This document shows positions 61,317-64,000 of a stretch of DNA of 64,000 nt, one piece after another; position 1 is the first letter of the stretch, and each line of letters starts with the position of its first letter. Source of the stretch: Chloroflexota bacterium (lineage in GTDB: Bacteria; Chloroflexota; Dormibacteria; Dormibacterales; Dormibacteraceae); the NCBI GenBank assembly GCA_005880695.1, contig VBGR01000037.1, positions 17,584 to 81,583 of the forward strand, in the 5' to 3' direction. The position numbers and the translations under genes were made by a program. The notes under the pieces are model-generated. The model worked only from the letters and a program-made list of their open reading frames with translations. It searched no databases and was not told where the DNA came from.

Positions 61317-62672
61317 CTAGCCTTCGGCGAACCGGACCGTGAGCCGCGCCAGGTGCCGGATGGCGTTTTCGAAATCCTGCAGCCGCATGAACTCGTTGGG
61401 GCTGTGGGCTCGGTTGAAGTTGCCCCAACCCACGCCAGGCGCCACCACCGGCACACCGTGCTCGGTGAACAGGAACGTGGGCGTCGTGCCGCCGCTCAGC
61501 GGCGTGATCATGGCCTGCTTGCCGTACACGGCCTCGCCCGTCTCCGCCATCCAGTGCACGAGGTCCGCGTCCGGCTTGGTCAGACCGGGCCGCTCGGCGC
61601 CCAGCACATCGATCTCGACGTCCTCGAAGCCCTCCTTGTCGAGGTGGCGCCGCAGCTTCGTCTCGATGTCGTACGGGTCCTGCTCCGGCACCAGTCTGAA
61701 GTCGACCTTGCACGTCGCCCGCGACGGGATCACCGTCTTCGAGCCCGGTCCCTGGTAGCCGCCGCCGATCCCGGCGATGTTGCAGGTAGGGTCGAACGTC
61801 GCCGCCACGACGTCGATGCCCCGCCGGTCGAGCAGGAGGCGGTCGATGCCGTACTCCTTCTTGATGTTCTCCTCCTGGCTGGGCAGCTTGGCCAGCAGGT
61901 CTCGCTCCACGGGGGATGGGTGGCGCACCGCGTCGTAGAAGCCTGAGATGTTGATGCGCTCGTCCACGCCCTTCAAGCTGGCCAGCGCCCAGACCAGGCG
62001 CCAGACGGCGTTCGGCAGGAGGTTGGCCTGTCCCGAGTGGGCGTCTCGGGAGATCGTCTGCACCCGCAGCTCGACGTAGAGAAGCCCGCGCACGCCGAGA
62101 GTGATGAGCGGATGGCCTTGGGCGTCGATGCCGCCCTCCTCCCAGATGGCACCGTCGACCGCGAGGTCGTGGCGGTGCTTTTCCACCCACTCCGGCAGGT
62201 GGGGACTGCCCACCTCCTCCTCGCCCTCGGCCAGCCAGGTCAATCGGCACGGGTAGCCGCCGCCGGCTTTTGCCAGGGCGTCGAGGGAGGCCAGGCGGGC
62301 CACGAACTCGCCTTTGTCGTCCTTGGACCCGCGGGCGAAGACGGCGCCGTCCCGCTGGGTGAGGTCGAAGGGCGGGCTCTCCCAGAGCTCGAGCGGCTCG
62401 GGCGGCTGGACATCGTAGTGGTTGTAGAAGAGGAGGTCCCGTTTGCGATTGGCGCCGTCGGCGTGCGCCAGCACGATCGGGTGGCCGTCCGTGGGGGAGA
62501 CCTCGGCGTCGAAGCCTCGCCGGCCCAGCATGCTTGCGACCAGCTCAGCGCAAGGCTCGATGGCCTCATGCCGGGCCGAGACGCTGGGCACCGCGCAGAG
62601 CTCCTTCAGCTCGCCGAGCCAGTCACCCAGGTGGTCGTGGATGTAGGCGTCGACCTTGGCGAAGTCGGTCAG
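61317..62672 (-). CDS. M20 family dipeptidase/peptidase
   Basis: LFYNHYDVQPP, ARGSKDDKG and GEEEVGS motifs. Track ORF 61317-63293 was trimmed because its first ~200 codons are antisense to nfeD. No ATG/GTG/TTG lies in frame near the conserved N-terminus, so the provisional start is CTG 62672. Confidence 0.75.
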   Translation of the reverse strand: MTDFAKVDAYIHDHLGDWLGELKELCAVPSVSARHEAIEPCAELVASMLGRRGFDAEVSPTDGHPIVLAHADGANRKRDLLFYNHYDVQPPEPLELWESPPFDLTQRDGAVFARGSKDDKGEFVARLASLDALAKAGGGYPCRLTWLAEGEEEVGSPHLPEWVEKHRHDLAVDGAIWEEGGIDAQGHPLITLGVRGLLYVELRVQTISRDAHSGQANLLPNAVWRLVWALASLKGVDERINISGFYDAVRHPSPVERDLLAKLPSQEENIKKEYGIDRLLLDRRGIDVVAATFDPTCNIAGIGGGYQGPGSKTVIPSRATCKVDFRLVPEQDPYDIETKLRRHLDKEGFEDVEIDVLGAERPGLTKPDADLVHWMAETGEAVYGKQAMITPLSGGTTPTFLFTEHGVPVVAPGVGWGNFNRAHSPNEFMRLQDFENAIRHLARLTVRFAEG

Positions 62673-62750
62673 CTCGCGGTCACCTTGGTTCGGCTCGCCT
62701 GCACCACGTTCAAGGATGCCATGCGGCGGCCGTAAACTGAGCCCGCCCCG

Positions 62751-63296
62751 ATGAGCGTAGCCAATTCGATCTTCCTGATCTGCCTGATCGCCGGCGGCGG
62801 CCTGCTGCTGGTCACAGTGGTGGTGGGCGACCTGCTCGGCGGGGTCCTGGATGCGATGCACGCCGGTGTGGACATCGGTGGCGTGGGATTGATGCCGTTG
62901 ATCCTCGGATTCATCTCGATGTTCGGCATCGGCGGACTCTTCGCGACGGAGGTGTTTCACTCCGGTGACGGGCCGGCCACACTGGTCGGCATCGGCACCG
63001 GCTTCGCCGGCGCGCTTTTTGTCTTCGGGATTTTCAGCGTCCTGGCACGCGGGCAGGGGGCGCAGCCGTTCAGCCTGAGCGACCTGGTCGGCCAGACCGC
63101 GCGCGTCTCGGTCGGCATCCCGGCCGGGCATTTCGGATCTGTCCAGCTCAGCTACGCGGGTCAGTCGCACGAGCTGACCGCCACCGCCGACGTCGCGATT
63201 CCCGCCGGCGCTTCGGTCAAGATCGAGGCCGTCGCCGGCTCCAATGTTGTGGTCGCGCCCCTGCGCGCGGCCGGTGCTGGGGGAGGAACTCAATGA
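62751..63296 (+). CDS. NfeD-like membrane protein
   Basis: Three or four N-terminal TM helices and a C-terminal OB-like beta domain (GQTARVSVGIPAGHFGSVQLSYAGQSHELTATA). Its stop overlaps the flotillin ATG (ATGA). Confidence 0.65.
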   Translation: MSVANSIFLICLIAGGGLLLVTVVVGDLLGGVLDAMHAGVDIGGVGLMPLILGFISMFGIGGLFATEVFHSGDGPATLVGIGTGFAGALFVFGIFSVLARGQGAQPFSLSDLVGQTARVSVGIPAGHFGSVQLSYAGQSHELTATADVAIPAGASVKIEAVAGSNVVVAPLRAAGAGGGTQ

Positions 63297-64000
63297 GCGG
63301 ACCGCTTCTCGCGATCGCCGTGATCGTCATCGTCGTCCTCCTGCTCGCCTACGTGGCGAGCCGCTACAAGGTCGCCAACGCGAATGAGGCCCTCGTCGTT
63401 GCCGGCTCCCAAGGGGCCAAGGTGCGCGACGAGAAAGGCCAGGTCATGGCGGCCGCCGGCGACCGCGGCGTCAAGGTGGTCGTCGGAGGCGGCACGTTCG
63501 TGATTCCGATCCGCAACCGTGTCGGTCGGATGAAGCTGACCGCCCGTCAGATCTCGGTCCAGCTCACCGACGCCGTGACCAGCCAGGGGATCAAGGTTCA
63601 CGTCCAGGGTGTCGCCACCTTCAAGATCGGCCGCGACGTGGAGTCGCTGCGCAACGCCGCCGAACGCTTCCTGGAGGCGAAGGATGAGCAGGTCGACTCG
63701 ATCGTGAAGAACGTGCTCGAGGGGTCGCTCCGCGCGATCGTCGGCACGCTCACCGTCGAAGAGCTGATCCGGGACCGGCAGAAACTGCTGCAGCAAGTCC
63801 AGGACGCCGCGAAAGGCGATCTGGCGACCTCCGGCCTGCAGATCGACGCGTTCACGATCCAGAGTTTCAGCGACGAGTCCAACTACATCGAGCTGCTCGG
63901 CCAGCAGAACCTGGCCGTGGTCGAGCGCGACGCGCGCATGGCAAAGGCCACCGCCGACCAGGAGGCCGCCGTTCGGGAGGCCCAGGCCACGCAGATCAAG
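63293..64000 (+). CDS. Flotillin/SPFH (band 7) domain protein, 3' end outside the window
   Basis: Not in the track because no stop occurs before the window end. ATG 63293 follows GGGAGGA. Translation is MSGPLLAIAVIVIVVLLLAYVASRYKVANANEALVV...VQGVATFKIG...TVEELIRDRQK, a typical flotillin. Confidence 0.8.
   Translation, partial: MSGPLLAIAVIVIVVLLLAYVASRYKVANANEALVVAGSQGAKVRDEKGQVMAAAGDRGVKVVVGGGTFVIPIRNRVGRMKLTARQISVQLTDAVTSQGIKVHVQGVATFKIGRDVESLRNAAERFLEAKDEQVDSIVKNVLEGSLRAIVGTLTVEELIRDRQKLLQQVQDAAKGDLATSGLQIDAFTIQSFSDESNYIELLGQQNLAVVERDARMAKATADQEAAVREAQATQIK

Noticed and set aside
62673-63293. 5' ~200 codons of track ORF 61317-63293
   Set aside because: They overlap nfeD, whose membrane topology and coupling to flotillin are convincing, on the opposite strand. 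The M20 homology starts only near 62669.

Overview
GC-rich, densely coding bacterial chromosomal segment made mostly of housekeeping and cell-envelope genes. I found no rRNA, CRISPR array, transposase or integrase. Order of content: (1) F1Fo ATP synthase operon (atpB 5'-partial, then E-F-H-A-G-D-C), followed by murA and mreB. (2) An ~11 kb envelope glycosylation cluster at 9.2-20.3 kb: two GT4, a NodB deacetylase, a TagA-like GT26, two tandem polyprenyl-phosphate GT2 synthases, large GT-C-like membrane proteins, a stand-alone RnfD/NqrB-like membrane protein and a lipoprotein. (3) A decayed HisKA_3 histidine kinase next to a compact Tad/Flp pilus locus. The locus has a 58-aa Flp pilin missing from the ORF track, cpaB, a receiver-domain-fused cpaE, cpaF, tadB and tadC. 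(4) A block comFC / second cpaF-like ATPase / hpf / secA / prfB (classical +1 programmed frameshift) / nagZ-like / ftsE / ftsX / M23 peptidase / S41 protease. (5) tRNA-Val, Phe, Cys, Pro and an atypical Leu(UAA)-like tRNA, interspersed with a RIO kinase, four small membrane proteins, lipB-lipA-E2 acyltransferase, a proteasome-beta-like Ntn hydrolase and assorted enzymes. (6) An OmpR-type regulator, murI, a polyprenyl synthase, a cobA/hemD fusion, a cyclophilin, tatA, tatC, rph, rdgB, an M20 dipeptidase and nfeD-flotillin (3'-partial). The best candidates for undescribed biology are four. First, the Tad locus wired to a REC-CpaE and a dead kinase, together with an orphan CpaF-like ATPase beside comFC (a possible Flp-pilus-linked DNA-uptake module). 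Second, a 96-aa repeat-containing charged tail on AtpA. Third, a Leu-type tRNA(UAA) without the long variable arm, while TTA codons sit at codons 2-4 of mreB, ftsE and cpaF. Fourth, a Ser1 proteasome-beta-like protein with no partners. Many long ORFs in the track are antisense shadow ORFs typical of GC-rich DNA and were rejected. Several track ORFs were trimmed to internal starts. All family assignments come from motif recognition by eye, not from database searches.
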